Source: Macrostomum hystrix (taxonomy: Eukaryota; Animalia; Platyhelminthes). From it: a DNA stretch of 64,000 nucleotides. The notes below the pieces were generated by a model. That model saw only the letters and a program-made list of their open reading frames with translations, had not been told where the DNA came from and did no database searches. The stretch's first letter is position 1. Every line of letters starts with the position of its first letter. Below, one piece after another: positions 48,851 through 61,664 of the stretch. The translations under genes were made by a program, and so were the position numbers. The stretch spans positions 930,001 to 994,000 of the forward strand of contig CATNEN010000001.1 in assembly GCA_950097015.1 (NCBI GenBank), written 5' to 3'.

Positions 48851-50972
48851 GTGTTCTCATTGGAAGATGACTCAGCTAAGGACACGGACGATTTGCTAGC
48901 TGATGACGTAAAGCTGGAGATTGTGGACGAGTGGACGAGCACTACAGACAATGTAGAGTCGAATACTGCCCCTGTTTTGACGGCTTCTAATAGTTCAGAC
49001 TTGTCATCGCAGCTAGTCGATGATAAGTACAAAACAGAGGTGGCAGAATTATTGCGCGTAAATGGCGAGTCGACTATTCCTAAAAATAGTGCCGCACTTG
49101 GTGCCTGTCCGACTTTGCCAGATTATGCGCCTCGCTCTACACCGGCAATGTCTGTCATCGAGAATGTGACAACATCCGATGATGATGAACCAGCTCTCAC
49201 AGTATTTTCTCCAGCGTATGTCGACGCTTCTGAATCAACAGCGCAACAGTCGGGACGACTGCAGCAATCGCAGCAGCAGCATCAACAGCGAGATCAACAA
49301 CCGCAGCAGCGGCAACAGCAGCAGCAGCAAGTTGGTGGCGTGGCATTTGCTCCGATAGCCGATGAATATGCGTTGTGTCGTTCGACATCACCACTTCTAC
49401 GGCTATGTCCTCGAGCTCCAATTACCGACTACGCCTCTTTAACAGCAGAGGGCAGGTCGGTTCTCGCGACTAGAAGGACGCTCCATCTTATAGAGATTGC
49501 ATTTATATCTAGAGATGTGGAATCCTTCAAGGCGTTTCTAGAACATGAATTGGTAGCTCCATGTGCACAGTTTGCCATCGGCGCAACAGCAAATGTTCAC
49601 CTTGACATGCTGATCAGCGACGAAATCCGAGGACGCCGTCGGCAGAAATACAATATGTCAATGCGAGAATATCTAGGAACTCCGAATCATCCCAATGGTT
49701 TGCTGATGTTCCTGAACCTGCGCCTACCAGAAGATGGTTACACTGTTTGCTGCGGACTGCATGCCCTTTTGATGGAATCTGCGGAAGCTTCGGCCTACCT
49801 GCATCCTACAATGGGTAGAATGACAGTGTCTAGTGTACGCAGTGCGTCAAGTGCAATTAAGCTAGTTACCAGTACGGACGAGTTTCCAGCTCTTTTCCGC
49901 GTTTCTACTCAAGAGTGCAGCTTGCTGACCAAGGCCTTTTGCTGGGTTGCTGCTCATGAGACGTCATCTACTGAGCCTTTGCTAGATAGTGGCTTCATGT
50001 TCGAACACTTTCGTGTCAGACAAGAGCTCAGCGATTACTTAAAGGTGACTCAGATGAAACGCGTAATAGCAACAGAGGTGCTAGCTGGTTGCCAAAACTG
50101 TCGCCCTACTGCCGCTGCCGCCGCCGCCGCTGCTGATGGTGCTGCAACAGCCGACTATGCGAGTACGACCTTGCCTACTCAGCTGGAGGTATGCAAAATA
50201 TTATAAGACATGTCATTTTTAGCAGACGTATGAGTATTGATCATTGAAGTTTTGCTGTTGTTTTAATTTAATTCAATTATTACTTTTCGACAATTAATTA
50301 ATTGTATGCGAACCTACCTACACAACACCATCAAACAGGTCTCTGCTGCTGCAGGAATCTGCTGCTACTGCTGTTCATGTTCCTGATGCCGCCGTCGCTC
50401 GTGTTCCCCGGCTGATCGCCGCCGCTACCAACGTGTGCCCAACTGTAAAGGCTGTGTGCAGCGCGTTGCAATTGCCAACTGGTGTCGTCTATCTATACGG
50501 CCCGTCTGGCGTTGGGAAGACCCACTCTGTGCAAAGCCATATCGGTTCTACGAAAGTGCTGAATATCCATGTGCAGAAGCGGTCTAACACGTTTATGTTT
50601 GACAAGCTCTGCGAGACAATACATACTGCAATGTTTATTGACGAGCTACGCCCGCAACTGTTTGATGAGACATCTGAAGTCATGTGCACACTACTTCGTT
50701 TGGTCAATAGAGACACTTTTGAAGTCAATGCTAAATACAAGGCCATTCGACACGTCTCTTGGCTCAATCGACTGCTAGTGCTTGCTGGGCATGCTCCGGT
50801 CAGTGCGTATTCGATGGACTTTCAGCGCCGATTAGAACCGACACCTGATGGGCACAAGCGTCCGGTAGTTGCCATCTTCATTGGTAATTCTCTCCGTACT
50901 GACTACCAATGTGATGGACAATGCCACCCAATACGCAATGTTTTTGGCGATCACCCGGACGTGCAAATATGA
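48851..50972 (+). CDS. Element gene 7: Rep/NS1-like protein with C-terminal SF3 helicase, exons about 48851-50188 and 50355-50972 (true start uncertain)
   Basis: Phase-0 GAG|GTATGC ... TGCAG|GAA joins both ORFs in frame. Walker A GPSGVGKT, Walker B MFIDE, motif B' FEVNAKYK, motif C-like LVLAGH, Arg finger FQRR. Upstream VHLDMLI and SAIKLVTSTDEFP resemble decayed HUH motifs II and III. Confidence 0.75.
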
Positions 50973-51289
50973 GCGATTTGATGCCTGCCGGTGCTGCTTT
51001 CTTTACACGTTAACTTTAACGTTTTTTTAAACCAAAACTGCTGTCATTTTATCAGCAATTTTTTATATTTAATCGGTCAGTCAGTCCGTCTTTCAACTAA
51101 TGTTTTTTTAGTTTTTAATGCTAATTATACCGTTTTTGTATGCAAATTTTAAGAAATTTAAAAATATAAGCGAGTTTTTTAGCTCTTAGCTTGATTACTG
51201 TTGTGATTACTATTTCTCTTTAAAAAATCTGGTTTTCTTGCTAATTTGAGTCACTTGATATATAATAAAATGTATGTAACGTTTTCAGA

Positions 51290-51580
51290 CATAAAAATAC
51301 AAACAATAATGCTGTAACATAGTACGTCGTTGATTATTGTTGATGATTGTATTTTCGCGAAAAGACTACTGTATTTTCAATCATTTACAACACAACACCA
51401 ATATGTATATCAAATAGTTATGATAATCAGTAGCTTTATATAATAACTGCATAATGAATCATATAGTGATTGTATTATTTTACATATATAATCTGTATTT
51501 TAAATTCTGACGTATGACGCCTCTGTCTCTTCAGCTGCGGCATACAGAAGCTCGTCGTCAACTGCATGGGTCTATGCAAT
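51290..51580 (-). pseudogene. Third, fragmentary copy of the gene 1 3' end and downstream flank
   Basis: Matches about 7905-8180, including GACGCCTCTG.CTCTTCAGCTGCGGCATAC. Confidence 0.75.
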
Positions 51581-52289
51581 TTCTATATATAGTGTGACGA
51601 TGTCATTTATTTTGTAGTCGTATTTTGTCGTTATATTTATAGTTTCTATGTGAGTTGCATCTTTGTATTTCTAGTAAAGTATATTAATGTATAATTTCTC
51701 CTATTTATCTATATTAAGTCTATAATAGTACATATATTATTCATTATTAATGCAGCATTGAGAGTCCGTCTATCATATACTATATTCCATATATCTGCGC
51801 GCCGTGTTTAAAATCTGAATCGCTGCGTATTTCACGCCTCGGCTTGGCCGGTTACCAGTGGTGTTGGGCGCATAGTGGGCACTAGAGCTTAATTAAGACC
51901 TTTCTACTAAGACAAGACAATCTAAATAAACTCGCAGGTTAGGACCGACATTTTAATAAATAACTAGACAGTCCATCTCCGCTACACCAATCTAACGTCA
52001 TAAGAAGCTGTTAATAATTTTTGTTAAGCAGACTACTAAATACAATAGTCCATATTCGGAGTCCTCGAGTGTTACAATAGTAATACGCATTCAATCGAAT
52101 GTATATCCAAAGTGTCAAAGTATTGATGAATACTATTCATGAAGGTATTTTCAGAAAAAAATATAACGTATTCTAAATGGAAAGTAAATTTAATATTTCT
52201 GCGAAAAGATTGATATGTTCTTAAACGAAGGTAACGGCAGTATTTTTGCAAAACTTCTTGAAGTACAAACGACTAATAAATTATTATTA

Positions 52290-55200
52290 GTGTATTGACT
52301 TTAAGGCAAAATAACTGAGGGTTAATAGTAAGAGTTTTATGGCTCTGAACGAGGCACGTTAAGAGGGCGTGCGTGCCCTTTAGGCCGAGAGTCAATAATA
52401 TATTTACCGAGAGATGAAAGGGACGGGGGGTGAAGAAAGAGCGATGACCTGCGAGCCAATCAGAGACGAGGGTGAAGGGCCGACAGAGGGAGAGAGAAGA
52501 AAGTACAGTAAGGGTGCGCGCGAGCGAAAACAAAATAGAAATGATTAGCATTTAACAATAACAAAATAATAACACTCCCCCCCAAAAAATACGAAGTTTT
52601 TTTTTTCTTCGAGACAATCGATAAACCGAAGAGTGCGAAAAAATGATAGTTGCAGAGCAAGAAAAAAGGGAACGAGCAACCAATTACCAAAAGTTAAATA
52701 AAGGAAAAAAACTGACTTCTAGCAAAGGAACCAGCACCATACAGTATGAGCGAATTTAAATTAAATTAAGAAGGCCGTAACCAAAAGGCAAAAAAAAACA
52801 AACGCGAAGAACTGATTTGAAAAAAAACTGCGACAAAGAATTTCAGATTTAAATGTCCATGAAAGGAGTTAACAAATCGTTAGTCGGAGATCGAAAACTC
52901 CAAGGGAAAGAGAGCCTGAAAGGGTCTTCGAATGCACTCTGCCCTCCGAGCGTCTTGAGAACAGGCCAGACGGACCAAGGCAGAGCGACAGGAGCCATCA
53001 CGACCCCGAGAAACTGCTTCGACAGTACCAAGCTTCCAAAGAAGACGCGACTGATATTTTTCACCCTCAATAAGAACGACTTCACCTACCCTAGGTTCAC
53101 GAGTACCTCGGGTGCTACCAGTCGATCTTTCTCGCAGAGAGCGGATGTAGTCGGTGCTCCAGGTATGCCAAAATCTGGCTAATGCAGACCTGAGCAAGCT
53201 GAGGTGGTTTGGAAGTGAGAGCAAGGAGAGATCGGCAGTGGATGAGACAGGTTCTTGAGTGAGCCGACGCAGCGTAAGAAAATGGGACGGAGTTAAGATC
53301 TCGTCCAGCTCGTCAGAAGAAACATAAAGTAGCGGGCGGCTATTGATGACGGATTCAACTTCGATAATTAACGTTGATAGCTGGTCAAACGAGAGCAGAG
53401 AACGGCCCAAAAATTTTCGAAGAGCATTCTTTATGGACCTAACAAGACGCTCCCAAAAGCCTCCCCACCATGGGGCTTTGGCTGGAATAAACGACCAAGA
53501 AATTCCTTTCGAAGCACAAAAACTCTGAACGTCTTGCGTAATGTTGGCTTTAGGAGTTTTGCCGCTGAAGTGAAGGTTCTGGCGTTGTTACTAATGATTG
53601 ACGGAATTCCACGTCGAGCGACAAAACGTCGAAGCCCATTGATGAATTGAGCTGTAGTTAAGTCAGAAACAGTTTCTAAATGAACAGCGCGGGTGGATGC
53701 GCATGTGAAGAGGAGAATGTACGCTTTGTTGTCAGTATTGTGAATGACAGACCGGTAAAGAAGTGGTCCGGCATAGTCGATTCCTACGGTTTGGAATGGA
53801 CGAATGTCTGACAGACGAAATTCCGGCAAAGGCGGTACAGTTGATACTGCGAATGGCCGACCCTGGACTCTTTTGCAAGTCACACATCGACTCAAGGCTT
53901 GCTTGACTCTCTGACGTCCTTTCAGGAGCCAGTATTTTTCTCGAAGTTTGCAGAGTGTATCTGCAACACCGCCATGAAAAACTAGCTTTTGGCAATGATC
54001 GATGATAAGTCGTTCCATATGGCCATGTCGAGGCAAGAGGATCGGATTATTCACTTCAAACTGAGAAGTATTTGATAGCCGACCCCGGCATCGAATTAGT
54101 CCAAATTCATCCAAGTGAAGACTAAGGTTGCGACTTAACTGAGTTGCAGGACCTTTGTAGTGCAGGTGATTCAACTCCAAAGGAAAGTTGTTTCTCTGAT
54201 ATGATTGAATCCAAAGTTGTTCGCACTCAGTTAGCTCTTGAGCAGTGATCCGAGGTTTGCTTTGCTCCCCCCGTGAGTTGCGCTTTGATGTTACTGAATC
54301 GTCGGATCCATGCAGTAGTGCGTATTAGTTTTATCCAGCTGGAGAATTTCGTTACGTCGATAATCGAAGAGATGTCAGAATGTTCAGATTTTGTAACTAC
54401 TGTATATGTGCTCGTAGTAACTACAGTACGTGAATCTGCAGGTGAGATCAAGAGCGAAACATCAGAGTTTATTTTTTCACTTGAGAACTCAGTTTCGGCG
54501 AGGTTAGCTGAATGGGAAGCTGACTTCTGGTCAAATTTTCCTTCCCCTGAATGTATTTGTGCAATCGCTGCTGATGGTAAATTAATGGTTGTATCAATTG
54601 GTGTTTCAGCCGACAGAAACGAAGGGCCATGTAGCCACATTTCGTTGTTAATTAGCTTCTCAAGTAGGCAGCCACGAGAAGGTAAATCGGCAGGGTTCGA
54701 ATCTCCCGATACGTGAAACCATTCCGATGGTGAGGAGAGACGACGGATTTCATTGACACGATTCTGCACAAAGAGCTTTCTTTGTTTTGATTCGTTTTTT
54801 ATCCACTGCCAAGCGTTCATGCTGTCAGTGTAAAACCTTCGAGGAAGTGAGGACAAGTTCTGTGAGGTCGCGTGCATTAGTCGGATCAAGATCAGTGCTG
54901 CCAATAGCTCTAGTCGAGAAATCGAAAGCTGTGCGATAGGTGCTACTCTCGATTTTGAAATCAACAGATTTGAGGACCGTGAGCCATCGGGATAGGTCGC
55001 AGCCACATAGATGCATGCAGCGAACGCTTTTTCACTAGCGTAACAAAAGCCGTATAGGATGGCTTCGGATGGTTGAGAAATGAATAGGAAGCGGGGTATG
55101 TCCAATTTAAAAGTTTGGACTGATTGAAGCCATTGGCTCCAGATTTGACCAATGTCGGCGGGGATCTCAGCATCCCATGTCACTTTCCGAATGCATAATT

Positions 55201-55345
55201 GTTGTAGTAGACATTTAGCAACTGTGAGCAGAGGTGAAAGTAGACCGAGAGGGTCATAAATTCTAGCGAGAAACGCGAGGATTGAACGCTTTGTTGGAAT
55301 TTGTGAGGAAGCTGTTTCAGCTTGATGACGGAAGTCTAAACTTAA
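52290..55345 (-). mobile_element. BEL/Pao LTR retrotransposon 3' half (RNase H/peptidase A17, integrase, DUF5641-like region, PPT and partial 3' LTR), degenerate
   Basis: ARIYDPLGLLSP, SKSRVAP..SISRLELLAA, FVQNRV, NPADLPSRG, GIDYAGP, TRAVHLE, INSRPL, LTPSHFL; poly-G PPT at about 52575-52583 followed by TGTT at 52574. Confidence 0.93.
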
Positions 55346-55347
55346 AC

Positions 55348-58300
55348 TTAGCCCATAGTGATGGCCACCTTCTCTGCTCCAGCTGTGAACCCGGCAACTG
55401 GGGATTCGGCTCCGCTCACCTGACCCCGTTTGGAGCTGTCCTTACCGGCTCCCTCACAGGAACCTCGGACACCCGGGCCACCGAACTCCTCTGTACCGGG
55501 TGCCTCATCGTCAACTCACTCCACGGCTTGACAGAGCAACCTGTCCCGGACAACCTGTCCCATCTGGAGCTACTTGTAGATAGGATGACCAGTCTCGAGA
55601 TCCTCGGTCTGGGTCAAAACACAGAACGGACCACGCAAAGCGAAGATCTCCAGACCAAGCGCCTTCTGGATTCTGCCACTCGGGAACCCGATGGCCGTTT
55701 CTCAGTCGCTCTCCCCTTCAAGCCAGGAGCCGAGCAGCTTCCTTCGAATTTCGGCCAAGACTGGCCGTGCTCGCGCAGTTCACAACCGCCTGGATCTCTT
55801 GCAACTCATGAAGTACTACGCTGAGTTCGAGAAACGTAAAACCGAGGGCGTACTCGAGATCGTCGACAGTCGGTCGCCACCTGGACCGATCGTTCACGTC
55901 CTACCTCACTTCCCGGTGATAAAGGAGTCAAGTAACACAACAAAAATACGACCCGTCGTTGACGCCTCCGCTCCGACATCCCTTGGAGGCAGCTGCTTGA
56001 ATGACCTCCTAGAGACTGGACCAAACCTCCTAACCGACCTTCTCCAGGTCCAGCTCCGTCTACGAGTCTACGAATACGCCTGCGTCAGCGACATCCAGTC
56101 TGCATTCTATCAGATAATGGTACACCCCGGGTGTCGAGACGCTCTACGCATCATCCTGCCGAGAGACATCGCCAAGCCGCTCGACCAAGACAACATGCAG
56201 CTTTGGCGCTTCACGCGGATCGTAATGGGCGCCAGCCCATCACCCTGGATCCTTCTCACGGTGATCCACAAACTCTGCGCCGACGCCCTCGCCGGTGGAA
56301 CCCACCGTTTCGGACTCCACAAGGGCGAGGTTGAATCTATCCCTTCTGGGCTCTACATGGATAACCTCGTGCAAGGCTACGATTGCAAGACCGAGGGCCC
56401 TCGTTTCGTCGCTGGACTGCGGGCTCTATTCCACTCGGGGCAGTTCCACCTCCGGGAGTTCGCAGCAAACGACTCACAGGCTCTTCAGGGCCTCCCGGAG
56501 GAATATCGCGTTGAGAACCCAGTCGTCAGAAACCTCGGTATCGTCTGGGACACCGTCAATGACACCATCCGACTCGCCAAGCCTACGATTTCATGCGGCA
56601 TCACGCTTACTCACGCCAGCTTACTGAGCGTCATCTCCCGCCCCTACGATCCATTTGGATACGTTGCCCCCCTCGTTCTGGCGGGCTGACTTCTCTACAG
56701 GGCGGCATTCAAGCCTAACGATGCCTGGGACACTCTGGCCGATCCTGCCACCGTTGACGCTTGGTCCAGGCTCCGTTCAGACTTCGTTGACATCGACCGC
56801 ATTGTCATACCTCGTCGCTGCGCCACGAAGCGCACTGTTCCCAGTCGCCTGGTCATCTTCAGTGATGGTTCACCACAGGCGTATGGCTTCACCGTCTATC
56901 TGCACCACACTCACGACGGTCGAGTGACCACCACCCTGCGAGAGCACGTCTCGTCCCAACTGGAAAGAAAGGCCTACTAATCACCGTTCCGCGCATCGAA
57001 CTCTGGGCCGCTCTTATCGCTACCCGCGCGACCCTTCTCTTACGAGATATCCTTACTCCAATGCTAGAGATCAGCGGTATCACCCACTTTATCGACAGCC
57101 AGATTGTCCTTTACTGGCTCATGGACGGTGCCAAGCTCCGTCCCTACGAGTGCCACCGCGTCCAGGAGATACGCAACTCCAGGTTGACAGAGGACCGCCG
57201 CTACGTTCCCACTGCAGAGAACCCGGCCGAACCATTGTACCAGGCCCCTAACACTGACCCAGCTTATCGCGTCGAACTTCTACACCGGTCCCGAGTTTAT
57301 TCAACGGCCTTACCATACGTGGACCTCCTGGCCGCTCCCCGGTCAGTCCGTCAACCCACCAGAGGAAACTCGGCGTAAAGATAAGCCGTCTATTCGCTTC
57401 TGCACGCTACCAAAGGCGTTGCTGAGCCCCCACCTGGAGACATGAATATCACTCGTTTCGGATGCCTCAACACCCTGCTCAGTGCAACCGCATATGTCGT
57501 CCGCTTCGTCACGAGGGACAGGACCCGCGGAGTCCCAGGCTTAAACGCGCGCAACGCCGCCCTCCTTCTCTGGGTCCGGTACACACAGCGTTTACATTAC
57601 CTGAAGGACATGATCGCTCTTCAATCGGGCAACCCTGGGAATTGTCGGCTGGTGAATCAGCTTGCCTTGTATCTTGATACCGACGGTTTCGTCCGCTTGA
57701 GCTCACGCATGGCCAACGCCAATTTGGACGCTGATGCACTGCACCCGTTGCTCCTGCCCTCGAGGAGTCACCTCAGTTATCTATTGATCCGACATATCCA
57801 CGAGCAGGAGGTACACGCGACTGCCTCCACAGTTCTTAGTCGACTGAGGGAGCACTTCTGGATTGTCCGTGGCCTTGCCACTGTGCGCAACGCTCTACGT
57901 GGCTGCCTTGTTTGCCGCGCCTCCAAAGCGCCACCCATGACTCGCCCACATCATGGTCAGCTGCCACCAGAACGTTTGGACTTCACGCAGCCCGCTTTCC
58001 GCTCAATTCTCATCGATCAGTTAGGACCGATATACACATGGGCGTCCACGACAAGGACGTCAGCCAAGCGATGGGTCCTCATCCTCTCCTGCGCGACCAG
58101 CCGTGCTGTGCACCTAGAACCTCTGACGGACTCCTCCGCGGACGCGGTGCTCCACGCGTTTGAGAGATTTTGGGCCCGGCGAGGCCTCACGGAAGGTACA
58201 ATCTTCCGCGATCAGGCGACAGCATTCCAGGCCACCGCCAAGCTGGTAGATACCCTCCTGGCGCCGACGTTCCAGCACAAGATCTTCACGGATCTTCAAC

Positions 58301-59170
58301 CTTTTGCCACCACCCGTAGACTCCGTTTCAAGTTCGCACCGGTCCGTTCCCCTTGGCACCAGGGTGCGGTGGAAAGGCTTGTCGCTCTTACCAAAGCCAG
58401 CCTACGGCCGGCACTCTGGCGTCATCGGATCGATGACGATGAACTGCGGACTCTACTCTGCAGGGTTGAAGCCGTGCTCAACACACGCCCCCTCACGGCT
58501 CTCAGCAACGACCCAAGGGATATGCGCCCACTGACACCGGCACATCTTATTGCCCCAAACGTCTGCCTCGACCTGCCAGCCGCTTGTCTCCTACCACCGG
58601 CAGACTCGTCAACCGGCAACGTACTACGGGCGCTCTACTACCGCAGGGAACAGATTATCGACGCCTTTTGGGATCGCTGGCGCCGCGAATACCTCCAGCA
58701 TCTGCGATCAATCCATCTGGCAGACCGACGACGCAATCCAGGGGTTACCCAGCAGCCTCGTCAGGATCAACTCTGCCTTCTCGTTGAGAGCATACCCCGT
58801 GCCAGTTGGAAGACTTGTCGCATCCTAGCCCTGCACCCGGACGCACAAGGCGTCGTGCGCTACGTCACAATCCGCACCAGTGCCGGTTACGAATCCCGGC
58901 GTCCTGTCGAGCATCTCGTCCCGCTGGAGGCCGAAGTTGTGGAGCCGGATCCAGAAATCGGCGCCGGGGCGAAGACCCAGGACAGCTCACCGCAGTCGCC
59001 AACGGCAGCTAATGTCACGGCTGTACCAACTTCGGCCCGCTCTCTTCGCGCCCGTAAGCGGCAGGGAGTCCGAGACGCCCTGTTTGACATGCCCTGATTG
59101 TTACTTCGTGCACTATGAACCTAGAGTTTATCTCAAAAAGACTAAAACTGATGTTCTATCTTCCGCTTCC
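55348..59170 (+). mobile_element. Second, distinct BEL/Pao LTR retrotransposon (RT, RNase H, integrase), truncated and frameshifted
   Basis: LPHFPV...KIRPVVDAS, LNDLLETGP, SDIQSAFYQI, YMDN, YDPFG, IDQLGP, SRAVHLE, SPWHQGAVER, LNTRPL, FWDRWRREYL; integrase ORF 57442-59097 is open. Confidence 0.95.
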
Positions 59171-59221
59171 TAATTTCCTACGCCGTATCCTAGCCATCCT
59201 AGAAAGTCTGCATCCTGATCA

Positions 59222-60145
59222 ACTACCGCGTCGTCGCCACGCATGCCCAACATACTGGGAGACTTTCTACGGTCTTCCAGAATGAAATCCTTGCCATCAG
59301 CTCCTGTGCCGCAGAGCTGAATGCCAGGAATACGAGAGGAGAGACTATCATCATCCACTCTGACAGCCAAGCGGCCTTACAAGCCCTTTGCCGCACCACC
59401 ACGTGCTCCCGGACAGTCGCTGACTGTGCCCGGCAACTCAACCTCCTGGCCCGTAACAACACGGTCAGGCTGAGCTGGATCCCAGGGCATGCGGGCTTCC
59501 CAGGGAACGAGCTAGCGGATACCCTTGCAAAGCAAGGTGGCTCTGGCTCTCTCCTGGGTCCTGCTCCCCTGGTCCCGATCCCCATCACGGTCATCAACCG
59601 CCTCATTGATGACTGGGCTGAGTCCCTCCACAGGGACAGATGGGCGGGCACCCAGAACTGTCGGCAATCTCGTGCCGCAGTTCCGCGCCCGTCTCGCAGG
59701 CTTAGGAATATCCTTTTGAACCAAAACCGGAAGGATATCCGCGCCCTCGCCATGACCCTCACGGGCCACGGCTACCTCGCTAGGCACTGTTTCCTCCGGG
59801 GCGACCTTGAGAGTGAACTCTGCCCATTCTGTGAGTACGACAACGAAGATGCTGAGCACTTTGTGTGTCACTGCCCTTTCTTTAACAGAGACCGGCTACG
59901 CTACCTCGGGCCCAACCCGTCTATGGACGAGATCTGCCAGCCCGACAGCATACCACGGCTCGTCCAGTTCCTCCGGGCAACAAGACGAGCCACGTTCTTC
60001 ACTACGGAAGACGACGCTGCAGGACGGACCGGCGGACCACCCTGACTGTCTGCCTGTCTGCGGGCCTACAGGGGTTAGCGGTATGGGCGATCCTCGCCTC
60101 CCCGCTGCGTCCATGGACCACCCTGCAGCTAAGTCAAAGTAAGTC
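59222..60145 (+). mobile_element. 5'-truncated non-LTR retrotransposon (I/Loa-like) 3' end: RNase H, CCHC finger and AAGTC-repeat tail
   Basis: TVFQNEILAI, HSDSQAAL, WIPGHAGFPGNELADTLAK, LTGHG, CPFC..EDAEHFVCHC; ends TAAGTCAAAGTAAGTC. Confidence 0.9.
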
Positions 60146-60629
60146 AACAGCAGCAACAATGGCGGCACTGGCACTGAAAGCGAGCGCGACAATGCCAATC
60201 GTGCTGCCAATAACCCAGATTTGAATGACATGTAGCAATTCTTTTGTTGCCATTAGTTATAATGAAATTAATGAACTGATTAATATAATTAAAAGTTGTT
60301 ATTTAATACACATCTGAGTATTCAAAGTCGACAGTGAATGATGCCTGAAAATGTTTTAAACTACTTTTACATACACTAGCTCTCAATAACAAATATTAAT
60401 ACGCGAACACAGATGTGTGAAGCTAGTCAATCGGTTATTATTAAATCGGTTATTATTAAATTTCACCAATATATTTATACTCCATACATATATATATATA
60501 CAATTTCATTATTTGAACAAATAATCGTGTTATTCTTCAATTAGTCTGATTTGCAATGTCGCAAGAGCAAAAATAAACGTGTAAACTATATTACATAACA
60601 TTTTGTATAAATTCTGTATTTTACAGCAT

Positions 60630-61064
60630 TCATTGTTCGATCAAATTTTGCCGTTCCCGAAGCCTCTCTCTTAGACGTTCCCTTTGTTGGATAGCCATCC
60701 AGTAGCGAACTCCATGTATGATGAGCTGGAGTTCAGCTTGGGCGTCCTCAAAAAGCTCTAGCACTTCGATAATGTCTTGTGCTTCATCCTCTCTTATACC
60801 AGTCACGAACAAGACAGCCTTATAGTCTTCTGCTGACCGGTGCTGTTGCAGCCATTCTTGAGTGCGCCGTAATAATAAGCATAACTCATTAGCGCTATAC
60901 TCAGCATTTGGAAAACCGCGCTGCAAACTAGGTAGCTGCTCGAAGCACCCTCGATGCGCAATGAACCGGCCAATGCAATCTATGCGACAGCTGAGAAAGA
61001 GTTAAAATACGTGAGGGTGAAGATACATTTGCGCGAACTGCATCTGATGGGCAATGAACGACAT
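60630..61064 (-). pseudogene. Element gene 3 copy with full C-terminus but an early nonsense codon
   Basis: ATG at 61064; CAA changed to TAA near 61003; remainder open to WMAIQQRERLRERLRERQNLIEQ*. Confidence 0.7.
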
Positions 61065-61360
61065 GTTCAGTCAGGAAATGTAAATCAAGCCAGCCTAAAC
61101 ATTAGAAAAATAGTTAAGTTATAAAAAAATTAAACTTTAATTAAAGTCCCCATTGAGTATACTTTAGCAAACACAGGTGAGTTAGTCCACAGACAAATCA
61201 AATGAATACAGGCCAGTCTGGGTATTAAGAACAAGAAATCTTTCTCGGCCAAGAAATCAGCCCACAATCAACGCCACAGCAGCAGCAGCAGCAGAAGTAT
61301 TTCAACAAATAATATTATCAGTTTTATTAGCAAAGAAAATTTCTAGTAGCAAAGAAAATT

Positions 61361-61664
61361 ATGAACAGCAGCAGCAACTTTCCCTCACATCCCGCCGTGT
61401 TCCGGGAACACGTACTGGAAGCGCTATTCGGGCAGCGAGTGATGCAGCTACAGCAGTGGCGGCAGCGGAGGCTGGGACGCCGGGAAGTCGCGGGAAGGAG
61501 GCAGTTCTCGCCGTGCATAGCTGCGGGGCTGGATACTTATGTGAGTAGTAACTTTGACTTTTATTTTCATTTAAATATTTATTAACTTATATGATAACAT
61601 CTAAGCTAACAAACTAAATAAAACCTAAAACCTATCTTTCATACTGCAGCAGGGTGTATTATGA
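61361..61664 (+). pseudogene. Degenerate element gene 4 copy
   Basis: FP.HPAVFREHVL and IAAGLDTY|GTGAGT donor retained; exon 2 reads QGVL*; middle is frameshifted or deleted. Confidence 0.55.

Noticed and set aside
7020-52290. Polinton/Maverick, adintovirus or Helitron assignment
   Set aside because: No protein-primed polymerase, capsid, protease or element-owned rve integrase recognised; the helicase is SF3, not Pif1/SF1. The integrases present belong to Gypsy and BEL elements.
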